Source: Macrostomum lignano (Eukaryota). From it: a stretch of 64,000 nt of DNA. Under the pieces are notes generated by a model, which did not search any database, was not told where the DNA came from, and was given only the letters and a program-made list of their open reading frames with translations. This document shows positions 24,800 through 36,965 of this stretch, one piece after another. The stretch spans positions 34,060 through 98,059 of the forward strand of contig NIVC01001034.1 in the NCBI GenBank assembly GCA_002269645.1. Reading direction: 5' to 3'. Each line of letters starts with the position of its first letter. The first letter of the stretch is position 1. Both the position numbers and the translations under genes were made by a program.

Positions 24800-25190
24800 T
24801 CAGCCCAGCCCGCACACAGATTAAAAATGGAGAACTATTGAAATTACATATTTCCTGTATTCTCTCAATTTTGTTAAAATTGATACGCTTGATTCATCGG
24901 ATATCCCTTATAATTGATTTCCAAAAATGGTACACTCGATGTCGCGGCTCCCACGCAGATGCGCATCATTTATCCTGCCTCCTACACGATAACTAAGCTT
25001 TAAGCCATCTAACAAATTATTATAATCTTCGGATGATTGCAGAATTTACAGTCGGCAATACCCAAATATCAGCTATTACCCAGAAATTATTTTAGAATCT
25101 GCCTCCCTGGCCTCTCTTAAAACGGATTTGAATTGGAACTTAATTAATTCTTGAAACCGTACTGTTAACTATATTTTTCATTTAATAAAA
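24800..25190 (+). mobile_element. Possible decayed 3' end of a CR1/L2-type LINE ORF2
   Basis: SAIPKYQLLPRNYLESASLASLKTDL resembles the ORF2 C-terminal pattern (I..WN.LP..V..A.SL..FK..L), followed by AATAAA. Frames are disrupted. Confidence 0.3.
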
Positions 25191-25427
25191 AGTTATGACC
25201 ATACAGTTACTTTTCTTTTTGTTAAGATGCGCCACATCTCTCAGTCGGTCCAAACGAACCGATAAAATGTCAATGCGCAGTCAAATTTTTCTGGGCTTTA
25301 AAAGATTAAACAATATAATGAGTTCCGCATTGTACATAAATAGTGATACTACTAGCAACTATCGTAAAAGTAATAAGTAGTAAGAATGGGGCCGCCCTCG
25401 CCAGGGGCGCCAGCGCGATCCAAGCGG

Positions 25428-26425
25428 CGCCATCCAGGGTCACCATCCAGGGTCACTATCCAGGGTCACCATCCAGGGTCACCATCCAGGGTCACCATCC
25501 AGGGTCACCATCCAGGGTCACCATCCAGGGTCATCATCCAGGGTCACCATCCAGGGTCACCATCCAGGGTCACCATCCAAGTGCGCCATTCAAGGGTGCC
25601 ATTCAAGAGCGCCATCCAAGGGTGCCATCCAAGGGTGCCATCCAAGGGTGCCATCCAAGGGTGCCATCCAAGGGTGCCATCCAAGCGGCGCCATCCAGGG
25701 TCACCATCCAGTGTCACCATCCAGGGTCACCATCCAGGGTCACCATCCAGGGTCACCATCCAGGGTCACCATCCAAGTGCGCCATTCAAGGGTGCCATTT
25801 AAGAGCGCCATCCAAGGGTGCCATCCAAGGGTGCCATCCAAGGGTGCCATCCAAGGGTGCCATCCAAGGGTGCCATCCAAGCGGCGCCATCCAGGGTCAC
25901 CATCCAGGGTCACCATCCAGGGTCACCATCCAGGGTCACCATCCAGGGTCACCATCCAGGGTCACCATCCAGGGTCACCATCCAGGGTCACCATCCAGGG
26001 TCACCATCCAGGGTCACCATCCAGGGTCACCATCCAGGGTCACCATCCAGGGTCACCATCCAGGGTCACCATCCAGGGTCACCATCCAGGGTCACCATCC
26101 AGGGTCACCATCCAGGGTCACCATCCAGGGTCACCATCCAGGGTCACCATCCAGGGTCACCATCCAGGGTCACCATCCAAGTGCGCCATTCAAGGGTGCC
26201 ATTCAAGAGCGCCATCCAAGGGTGCCATCCAAGGGTGCCATCCAAGGGTGCCATCCAAGGGTGCCATCCAAGGGTGCCATCCAAGGGTGCCATCCAAGGG
26301 TGCCATCCAAGGGTGCCATCCAAGGGTGCCATCCAAGGGTGCCATCCAAGGGTGCCATCCAAGGGTGCCATCCAAGGGTGCCATCCAAGGGTGCCATCCA
26401 AGGGTGCCATCCAAGGGTGCCATCC
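25428..26425. repeat. 13-bp satellite with two unit types (CCATCCAGGGTCA / CCATCCAAGGGTG) in higher-order blocks
   Basis: Directly visible; source of ORFs 25343-26539. Confidence 0.95.
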
Positions 26426-26706
26426 ATGAACGTCAGCCAGAAGCGCCGATCCCGGGTGCGCCATAACAGGGCGCCATTCCCAACGAGCGCCAAAGCTGCT
26501 GCAAAAGACACGCCACATGCATTTGCCATTCCTCAATAGAGGGAGTCAGCAAGGCTTCTTAGTCCTAAAAACTGCGCTCTTCAGTGGTGGAATAGCTAGG
26601 AAGCAAGGCATTCAAAAGTTCTTTTATACTGTTATTCAAGGTCCTCTTAAACTTTTATACTCATTAATTTAAGCTAATTTATAGCTCGTATGTAGCTGAC
26701 AGTAAA

Positions 26707-26727
26707 GTACTACTACTACTACTACTG

Positions 26728-26759
<32 letters not shown>

Positions 26760-26778
26760 GCTACTACTACTACTACTG

Positions 26779-26816
<38 letters not shown>

Positions 26817-26817
26817 G

Positions 26818-26912
<95 letters not shown>

Positions 26913-26925
26913 GCTACTACTACTG

Positions 26926-26983
<58 letters not shown>
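26707..26983. repeat. (CTA)n microsatellite
   Basis: Directly visible. Confidence 0.97.
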
Positions 26984-26986
<3 letters not shown>

Positions 26987-27462
26987 GGCAGACACAGAAA
27001 TAGCAAATTTCTATAATTAACAGAAGCGTAACAGTGCCATCAATCAAAACCTCTAAGCTTCTATTTAGTAAAAAAGAATCATACTTTCTATATCGTCAAT
27101 GGCTATTCTTCCACACGTAGGGGCAACGCCCTTATGAGCCTCCAACGCTTAGAGTGCGCGCCACTAAATTAAAAGAGTTTTGACTGCTTGCTCTGGTTTA
27201 GAGTGACTAAATTTGGGTTGTTATGCAGAGAGTATTACAGAACTCGGAGAAGAGATGAATGTCGGTGAGTGCAGTAACCCTGGTCAATGCGCGATGTTTC
27301 TCCAGGCGTAAGCAATTAACACACAGCCAGGCATTGTACAGATTTTCTGGTTAATAACCCTCAGCATCTGAAGCTGCACAGAGCCGAAGCGACAGGCTTG
27401 AGCTGAGAGAATAGCTCTCGTACAGTCACTGGACAGATGCTTTTAAGACGCACTCAGTTCTG

Positions 27463-27476
27463 GTTGCCATGGCGAC
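27463..27476. promoter_or_regulatory. RFX X-box GTTGCCATGGCGAC upstream of stomatin A
   Basis: Matches the X-box consensus GTTNCC-AT-GGNAAC/GAC, 90 bp before the predicted ATG. Confidence 0.6.
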
Positions 27477-27565
27477 GCACAGATAGCTGCAAAAGCTTGT
27501 GTAGAAAAACAGTATTTATTTAGACGACCAAAATACCCCGTGACCAGCGCCCCCCCCCGCGCTTC

Positions 27566-30500
27566 ATGTCAACTGGGAGCCTGGCCGAGTTCACAGCAAA
27601 AGCCAGCCGACAGGACCCGCAGCAGATTAACGAATCAGAGTTCATTGGCACGCCCCGGCAAAGTCAGGCAGATCGATCCCAACAGCAAGCCAGTGAGTAC
27701 TTGCAACACAGTTGAATTCTAATCAAAATTATATTGTAGGTTTGCTTACAACATTTTTATTGTCACCAAAGCTCACAACTGGCTCCTGTTAGGATCTCTA
27801 GCTAGGCTACGTCGCATACTAAAGAAAACATCCGTGAAATCGAAACAAATTCGTACAGAAGCTATAGCCCAAGAAATAGGTGCTTATAGTGTAAATTTTC
27901 AAGGGCCAGCTATAGCACCTGTTTTCTGAAAATCGAGTGCCAAAAATGTGCTTGCAATAGAGGAGTTTTACACGTGTTTGCTTGATTTACAATTTTTAAC
28001 CTCAAATTTAACGTCTTTCTATTATAAATGTCTATAAGTTTGGCAAAAGTCCTTGAGAAAAGATGCTTGCTTGCCCTGTTAAATATGAGTGCTCAATAGA
28101 ATTTAGTAGAATTTCAATTTCGAAGCGATAAAATTACGCCCTCGTACTACGTTTAGTAACGATTAAATATATCAGTAGTATCCAATAAGTATAGTTATGT
28201 CTATGTCTAAAATTACTTATGTGCCAAGGTTTAGTCTGTAGAAAAAACGCTTTGCACACTTAGGCTGTGAATAAGTTCACGCTCCGATTATCAAATTGCA
28301 GGCTGAATGGCATCAGTTTGGACCATAGACTATAGTTTTGTCAACTTTTCATTCAAGCTGAATTTCGTATCTATGAATTAATTGAAAGCTCCTAGGATCT
28401 ACGCTCGTACTTAGGCGGAAAATGCTATTCTTCATCACTTGTTGACTGACATTCTTCCTTACCAGAGATGCGACAGCAGCAACCGCACCAGCAAGAAGAA
28501 ACGCCACCGAATGGTTGCGGATGCTGCGAGTGCCTGCTGAAGTTCATCAGCATCATACTCATCATCCTGACCTTCCCGTTCTCCTTGTGCGCCTGCATCA
28601 AAATTGTGCAACAGTACGAACGCGCGGTCATCTTCCGACTCGGCCGGATTCAAGGCGAGCCTAAAGGTAGCTCGCGTCCGATGCTTTTTGACAACTTTTT
28701 CTTGTGGAACAGGTTAACCTACATTCAATGCAAAAATTAATATTTCTCAGGAAATTAATTTAATTAATTACAAATTTAAAACCAGTTCGGCACAGTTTAC
28801 CACGAAGTTGTTTATAAAAGAATCTGACTGTCAATGCAATTCTTGGCCTTGAACAGTCGCTATTGTTTGTTAATGATGTATTGTCACTATAGATTTAGTG
28901 TATGTGAACTAGCGCCCTCTGCCCTCAAGGAGGGGGCGTTCGAATGAAGTCCTCAAAGTCATATATGACGATACGAGTCAGGCTCGTTTCCGCTCTATGG
29001 TGCCCCGATTGACGAACCTAATAAATGTAAAAAAATTTCGCACCTAAAACCACCGAAATCAAATAATTCGTTTCATAGGTCCCGGTCTGTTCTTCATCAT
29101 GCCCTGTATTGACAAGATGCAAGTGATGGACTTGCGCACGCTGACTTTCGACGTGCCGCCGCAGGAGATTCTCACCAAGGACTCAGTCACCGTAGCCGTG
29201 GACGCCGTGGTCTACTATCGCATCTTCGACCCGATCAGGGCCACGGTGGATATCGAGGATGTGCACCGAGCGACGCGACTGCTCGCTCAGACCACCCTGC
29301 GCAACACTCTGGGCACGAAGACGCTGCATGAGGTGCTGGCCGAGCGAGAGATCATTGCTCAGACGATGCAGGAGGGTCTGGACACTGCCACGGATCCGTG
29401 GGGCGTCAAGGTAAGCGAGAAAGTCGATTAGATTCATGAGCTCTAAAATGTGTTGATTCTAGTCTAGTTCAAGTAAGCAATTGAAGTTCATTGTGGACTA
29501 CTGATTTGAAGTAGGCTACTCAGGAAGAATACCAGTTTGCCTAGCGTCATTTGGCATTTCATGTCAAGGCCATGAAAGAGTAGAAAGAGTATCAGGATCA
29601 GCCATTTAGCAGAAAAGTCTGACTTCGAAAGAAAGGTTGCAACAGTACTTGCCTGAGATGGAGGAACTCGCGATCTTTGAAATGAAAAAATCTAACATCA
29701 TCGAGGTTACCTTTTGTGGTTCTTTCTTGCGTGTTAGTGTCGACGTGAATATGAGAAACTCTTTCAAGAAGAGAAAGTATTGAGTATGGTTGCTACTGCC
29801 ATCGCAGACACAAAGTCAAGAGAGAATGACACGATTTCTGTACAACTGACATTTGGAGGTTTTTAATTCGCAATGTGATCAGCGTTTAGCGAGGAAATAA
29901 TGGCGCATTAATTAATTAAATCTATTCCGAGCTTTATGCAGTCGACAAAACTAAAAATTGCATATTACTAAGCTATAGTTGCATGGAAAAACTAACTTTG
30001 ATGTATTTTTTAATTTTAATTAGTAATCACAGTATTGAATTTTCCTACAAATTATCCAAATGTGCTAAATAGGCATGCACGCTCAAGTAGGAATTCTTCA
30101 GAGTTCAGAGAGCGCGACCAATTGCGCTAGTCGGCTAAAACTCGTAAAATTGTTACGCAATTTTATAGACGCTGGATTCATAAAATGTTTCCTATTTTTA
30201 ATAGAACGTGGGGGTTGTGGAAGGCGCTATAGTTACGAAATTAGGACGAGTTTCGACGCAGTTCACCATGCAGTTGCTTATTAAAACATCCGATTATTAA
30301 TATTAATGCAATTCTATGCAACATACACGCAGTAAAGATTTAGTATATGTGACTAGCATTCTGTGCCCCCCGTTAGGGAGGCAACTAAAAAATAAATATT
30401 TTTTGAATAAACCACAATTTAAGGTTTTGACCTTGAACAGTCGCTATTGTTAGTGAATGATGCATAGGTTTAGTACACATGTATGTTAAATATAGCGCCC

Positions 30501-31157
30501 TCTGCCCCCAAGGAAGGAGTTCGAATGAAGTCCTGAAAGTAATGTATGAATTTCAGCAGTTTGTGCCAACGGAAAATGATAGGAAACACAACTGTCCATC
30601 ACAATTTTTCACACTTACACAATAACACTGAGACAACCCTAAGATATTTATTAAAACAAACTACACAACTATGACATACAAAAACATACAAGGCTTTTGC
30701 AACCACCTTGTGCATTGCTGTCTCAGGGTTCCTGCATAAGCCCGCACGCTGGTGTTCTCGTATAAATAATTCAAACATGGCAAAGAGTTAGAATTGAAAA
30801 CAAAGCACTTTACCAGAGAAGAATTTGTCAGTTCTTACTCCAGCACCTGACCATGCTTTCAATTATCTCCCCCAGGTGGAGCGCGTCGAGGTTAAGGACG
30901 TCCGGCTACCCGTCCAGATGCAGCGCGCCATGGCGGCCGAGGCGGAGGCGCTGCGCGAGGCGAAGGCCAAGGTGATTGCGGCTGAGGGCGAGCAGAAGGC
31001 TTCCAGGGCGCTGAAGGAGGCCGCCGATGTGATCGACGAGTCTCCAGCGGCTCTGCAGCTGAGGTACCTGCAGACGCTGAACTCCATTGCGGCTGAGAAG
31101 AACTCCACCATCTTGTTCCCGCTGCCAATGGAAATGCTGAGGGGGATTAAAAGATAA
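27566..31157 (+). CDS. STOM: Stomatin / band-7 (SPFH, MEC-2-like) paralogue A, ~313 aa
   Basis: Exons 27566-27692 (first exon inferred from phase), 28466-28666, 29079-29410, 30876-31157. Hairpin [67 protein letters not shown] and [10 protein letters not shown]. Confidence 0.93.
28840..28975. repeat. Dispersed repeat, second copy at ~30425-30550; possibly Helitron/Helentron-derived
   Basis: CCTTGAACAGTCGCTATTG...TAGCGCCCTCTGCCC.CAAGGA..GTTCGAATGAAGTCCT occurs in two introns of stomatin A. Related ACTAGCATTCTG.GCCCCC starts at ~30352 and ~37866. Confidence 0.55.
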
Positions 31158-31734
31158 AGAGTTGCTATCGATAATGTTGCTGGAGAACTTCTACTTTGGT
31201 TGAAATGGTTTAACTACAAGCCTTCTAAATAGGTTTCAAAGACGCACGTGCTTACGGTTTTTCTAACCATGCGAAAGAGTAATCTAACAATCTAACTAAT
31301 CTAACAATTAACAAGTTTTTTTAATCAATAACTCTGTTTCTCATTTAGTTTCCAAGAAAAAATTCATGCACAAAATACCTATTCAGTTTTAATCAATCTT
31401 CTTACCTTCAATCTGTGTGTATTCGAACATGTAATTAAATTTCGCCAAAATTTGTCTATATCAAAACGGCTCAACACACTCGCACAATTTATTGTTAGTT
31501 TTTGAGTGGCGTCCATTTATTGAAAAGCTGCAACGTTTGAAACTGTCGAGCCGGCATGTGATTTAACGAAACATTAAATTTTTCAAGCACCCGGAGTAGT
31601 GGAACTGTGGCGTAAGCTGCTGTTCTCATTTGTACCCGGAGCACATTTTTGGCCTCTATCTAATTTCTCTTATTTGAGCTAATATTTTATAAGAAATTAT
31701 GAACACAAGTTATTAAACACCACTGACTACGATA

Positions 31735-32110
31735 CAGAGATGTAGATATTCTCTGGAGAGCTGTGGGCACCCTGGCGTGACGCCTCCTGCGACATTGTCT
31801 CACAAGCCACAACCGGTGGCGTGGCAATTCTGCCCATTCCCATGACTCCTGAGCTGTACTGTACGATACTGTACGCAGGTACGCAGTCATACACACGCTC
31901 ACACAGGGTGTACAGCGGTCCTGACTTTCATGTAGTTTGGCATGTAGACTCATGTGTCTTGGGAGATTGGCCCTCATGGCTGTGAATTGCGCTTTTCGTG
32001 AATTTTCAAATTTTCGTGAACAAGGCCCAAATGAATGCAGCCGGCACACGGAATCGAACCAGGGGTCGTCGTGGCGCGAGAGTCAGACGAGTTTACCACT
32101 AAGCTACTCT
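31735..32110 (-). mobile_element. tRNA-headed SINE copy with a different head
   Basis: On -: A-box TAGCTTAGTGG, B-box GGTTCGATTCC, core AGGACCGCTGTACAC and a tail GGAGTCATGGGAATGGGCAGAATTGCC shared with other copies. Confidence 0.7.
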
Positions 32111-32657
32111 ATTCCTACATTACAGGACCTGAAACTCTACCTATCAAAGAAATGTACTACAGAAACAGTTTCTTCTCGGAAAGCTTCTGAATATTTCCTG
32201 GATGACTACGTGTACATGGGAAATATGTGTTTCGACTAAATTGGCAAAATTATGGTTATTTTCGAGATACATAAAAACAGAACAAACTGACCCAGATCTT
32301 GGCCAATCAAATTTGAAGACCTGTTTTGACTCTCAGTGAATTTTCCTTTTCATATTTTTCAGCTTTAGTAGTACGCGATACATGTAGGCATGATACAGTT
32401 CGGCCGCTGTAAAAATATAAATATTTATCCGTTTGCATAAATTAGCCCGAGTGCCAGTCAACATAGCATGACAAAGATAGACTCAGGCTGAGTCATGCAT
32501 ATTTAGCGTCAGTCGGGCGGGCTAAAAAGCTAATTAGACGGCTTTTGCAGCTCATTTAACAGAAAGCAAAGGTAGAGAGCGAACGGTGAAGAAGAGACGG
32601 GCTGCCTTGAAACGCTCTCTCTCTTTCTCTCTCAAAACAGCGATTTACTTGCGGCAC

Positions 32658-32671
32658 GTTGCCATGGAGAC
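32658..32671. promoter_or_regulatory. RFX X-box GTTGCCATGGAGAC upstream of stomatin B
   Basis: Consensus match about 217 bp before the predicted ATG. Confidence 0.6.
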
Positions 32672-32887
32672 GAAGATGAAGCATAGACGAAAGTATAGCC
32701 TATCCGAGCACAGAGCCGTACGCTGGCAGATGAGGCCGATGCCTGGCTGAGAGGTGAGAGAGTAGCTAAATAAAGCTTTAGGACAATAAAATACCCACCT
32801 CAAACAGCACTCAACCCGCTGCCCTGCTCTATAGCCAAGAGACCGAACCCAAGCTCCAAAACAGAAATTGTGTTTGAGTCTTCTCAT

Positions 32888-35800
32888 ATGTCTAACGACA
32901 GTCTGTCTGAGTACAGGCCCAGAGACAACGACAAGCACAAACAGCAGGGAAGGCGGCAGCAGCAGCGGCAGCAGCAGTTAGTAGACGCAGATCAAGCCGA
33001 GGCAGTTGCCCCAGTTGAGGTCAGCAAATTCAGCGTGGAGGCGCCAAAGTACGACAGTCCGAACTCCTCTCGTCAGGAGGTTCGCGTTGCCGCAGCGGGA
33101 GCAGCTTCGTCATCGCGATTCGACGACGAGAAGCGATCGACGCCAAAGCAAGCCGAGGACGGCAGTCAGAACAGGCGGGAAATAAAGGAGGAGCGAGGCG
33201 GTGCCACTTATAGTGAGCTCTTATACCTAAACGCATATTTGACACAATAGTTTAGGGTACAAGCAGGTACTTACCTTAAATGCACGATAGAGTTTGTTAT
33301 AGCTTTTTGCGTTCTAGTTTGGACTGCGGGCTTTTAATTTGGACACAGAGTTGAGCAAAGCCCAGAGAATGCTGGCTAGTCTATGGCACAAACCAGAAGC
33401 AACTGACGGGCTTTTAAATTCGACAGCGGGCACAAATTTGGACAGTCTTTTCCTTCCCCTTTCTCTTGCATGTTTTTTCTTGAGCCAGCGCACAAAGTAC
33501 ACGACGAGTTTTTTAGAAGGAAGAAACAGGCTCTGACAATGCAAGAGTCTTAAAGTTTAAAGTTTTAGAAAATTGTATCTAACGGTTTGGATAAGTTCAA
33601 TGTTTGGGTCAAATATACAGACTCATGACCTACCCTCAAAAACTGATTACTGTCGTTCTTAACTTTGATCTTCTCGTCTTCTGTGTCCAAATTTGTGCCC
33701 GCTGTCGAATTTAAAAGCCCGTCAGTTGCTTCTGGTTTGTGCCATAGACTAGCCAGCATTCTCTGGGCTTTGCTTAACTCTGTGTCCAAATTAAAAGCCC
33801 CCAGTCCAAACTAGAACGCAAAAAGCTATAGTAGGCTTTTCAAGTCACTGAGCTTTTAGGCGTGCCCGACAATGCGTCTATGGCAGGGGTCGGCAAATTC
33901 CGGCACGTGGGCCACATGCGGCCAGCCAAGCGTCTTTATCCGGCCCTCAGGTCCTTTGAAACTTCACAGTAGCAATCCAGCTAGCTCAGGGTTTGTCTCT
34001 CTTCTCAGCTGTCTTATCTCTTCTCTCATCTCCCTTCTCTCCTCGATACGTCATCACTGAACACAAGGGACCTCTCTGCTGATATAAGCTCAGTCTTCTA
34101 ATATTTTCTGACAGTTGATCATTGAAACACTTTTCAAAACGAGTTCCTATACATGCATGTCTCTCTCTCTCTTCCCTCTTATCTTATTTACTGTCTCAAA
34201 AATTTTCTTGATGAAAATTTGTATATTGTTAGTAGGCGTTACCGTAGATATTTCCCGCTGTTAGCGGAGGGTGCGGGAAAGAGTCCTATAGGAGTGTGGG
34301 GGGGAAGCCCCACATTCAAAACTTGGACAAATTTGCAGTTTTCATGCGCAATAATCAGGTTTAGCACTAATATAATTATTTTTGCTGCAGATTAACAATT
34401 ACTCAAAGATGCGTACAAGTACGCTCGTACTTGTGGTAGCGATTGTTGCACTCATTAGCTTCACTGACACCCTTGAGGCTCTATTGCATCCATTAGCGTG
34501 AAGTGGCTTAGGCTACAAATCTGACTGTATATTATCTCAGTTTATGACATGTATATGTATATTTTGCGTCACATTTGTAGCCTTACAACGTGCAGTGTGC
34601 AATAACATAGGAACACTGTACATCAATATGCTAGACAAGACGTCTATAACCTCATACTTGAAACTCATTGTGTAGATAAACACAGCACTCACATCGCCAT
34701 CTATGCACCCCCAATAGAAGCCGCCCCAGTGTCAACCGGAGCCATGCAACAGCAGCAAACTCCAAGGCAGAGAGAGGAAGAGCCTTCGAATGATTGCGGA
34801 TGTTGCGAGTGCCTGCTGAAGTTCATCAGCATCATACTCATCATCCTGACCTTCCCGTTCTCCTTGTGCTCCTGCATCAAAATTGTGCAACAGTACGAAC
34901 GCGCGGTCATCTTCCGACTCGGCCGGATTCAAGGCGAGCCTAAAGGTAAAGAAACGTTGCTGCCTTAATTGCAACTTCTTTATTGCTGGGAAATACTCAG
35001 ACATTTTTCATAGTGCCATCAGCATTTATAAGACCCTAAGACCTTGAACAAATAGCAGTAAGACCAATTAATCGGCATCAATGTAGCCGACGTTGATGTG
35101 ATCCATTTATCCCAAGCTCTAAGTCTTATTGTGTTGAATAATATTTGGTGAACAATTACATACAGTTAGCACCTATCTGCTTCCCCTCAATACAATTCCT
35201 AATAGCAATTGGTATGGAAGACTTACATTGAAGACTTACCGTACGTTCAACAAGTTTATGACGCTAACTTAGGAATGGCGGTAAAGACTTACTTTTAACT
35301 ATGCTTGAAAGCAAATACTTATATATCAATTTTAAAATTCATTAAAAAGGTCCTGGCTTGTTCTTCATCATGCCCTGCATCGATAAGATGCGAGTTATCG
35401 ACCTGCGCACGCTGACTTTCGACGTGCCGCCGCAGGAGATTCTCACCAAGGACTCAGTCACCGTAGCCGTGGACGCCGTGGTCTACTATCGCATCTTCGA
35501 CCCGATCAGGGCCACGGTGGACATCGAGGATGTGCACCGAGCGACCCGACTGCTCGCTCAGACCACCCTGCGCAACACTCTGGGCACGAAGACGCTGCAT
35601 GAGGTGCTGGCCGAGCGAGAGATCATTGCTCAGACGATGCAGGAGAGTCTGGACACTGCCACGGATCCGTGGGGCGTCAAGGTAATGATCAGACAACCTC
35701 CATGGCTTTGAAGATGAAAGTATCGCTTTTGTAGGAATCCATTTGCTAGTCACGGAATCGGAGATACAACTCTGAATCACGCTATGACGCTTTGTATTCT

Positions 35801-36965
35801 CAAGATGCAGCCATTGATGATGCTTTTGCAGAGCAAACACGTGATTGTAGCGTTCCACGCGATTCGCTTTGATGTGTGCAGCTTGGGGAAGGCAATGCTG
35901 TTTGCTGATTCTCAAAGCAAAGGCAAGAAATAAAGTCCTAAAATCCTGAAAAGCCTAAAAACCTCGAGATGGCTTATGAAACATTTTCGACCATTTACGA
36001 CCAGATACGCAGAGACCTCCCGTACTGGTCAATCCCAAGGGGTTCCAGAGGATGAATCCTGATAATCAATTCGAATTTCGAAACGATTCGTCCCGGAGCT
36101 GGACTTCAGGGACCCCATCGCATTGCAAATGCCATCATCGTACAAATCGGAAACCTCTGCCGCCGCGAGTTACCATTTCCACTTAGTTTATTTGATACCG
36201 AATTTATATGCGGTCTCATTGAGCATGATTTATTTTTATGTAGAAACACAGTAACTACTTCTACTACGTTGATAAGTTCAACACACACGCAGTACACATT
36301 TAAGTTCGAGTTCTTGAATAAACTTGAATAACTCGAATAATTCAAGTTCGAAGAAAATCGGTTGAGCAATATATGTAAATCAACATGTTCACAATGACAA
36401 TGTTCACAATTACACAATAACACTGAGACGGACCCTAAGATATTTACTAAAACAAACTACTATGACATACAAGGCCTCGCAATCACCAAACACCAATCAA
36501 ACACCCTTCATGCATTGGTGTTTCAGATTCATAAGACTTGTCACTCCGAGCTCGTATTTTATTATAAATAATTCAAACATGGCAAAGAGTTAGAATTGAA
36601 AACAAAGCTCTTTACCAGAGAAGAATTTGTCAGTTCTTACTGCAGCACCTGACCATGCTTTCAATTATCTCCCCCAGGTGGAGCGCGTCGAGGTTAAGGA
36701 CGTCCGGCTACCCGTTCAGATGCAGCGCGCCATGGCGGCCGAGGCGGAGGCGCTGCGCGAGGCGAAGGCCAAGGTGATTGCGGCTGAGGGCGAGCAGAAG
36801 GCTTCCAGGGCGCTGAAGGAGGCCGCCGATGTGATCGACGAGTCTCCAGCGGCTCTGCAGCTGAGGTACCTGCAGACGCTGAACTCCATTGCGGCTGAGA
36901 AGAACTCCACCATTTTGTTCCCGCTGCCAATGGAAATGCTGAGGGGGATGGGGGCCAAGCGCTGA
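32888..36965 (+). CDS. STOM: Stomatin / band-7 paralogue B with long N-terminal extension, ~390 aa
   Basis: Exons 32888-33212 (inferred from phase), 34718-34945, 35350-35681, 36678-36965. The core is nearly identical to paralogue A. Confidence 0.92.
33301..33827. mobile_element. MITE, ~527 bp with ~145-bp TIRs, in stomatin B intron 1
   Basis: Starts AGCTTTTTGCGTTCTAGTTTGGAC and ends GTCCAAACTAGAACGCAAAAAGCT; flanked by AT on both sides. Near-identical inverted copy at 57.5 kb. Confidence 0.92.

Noticed and set aside
25343-26539. Long ORFs of 200-440 aa here and at 42227-43558, 45836-46852, 47128-48073 and 51750-52542
   Set aside because: They are translations of tandem repeats lacking stop codons; no domain content or splice support.
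26669-27047. Poly-Val and poly-Ser ORFs
   Set aside because: Products of the (CTA)n microsatellite.
33314-33789. Duplicated [23 protein letters not shown] ORFs, also at 57538-58010
   Set aside because: They arise from the MITE terminal inverted repeats; short and with no transposase motifs.
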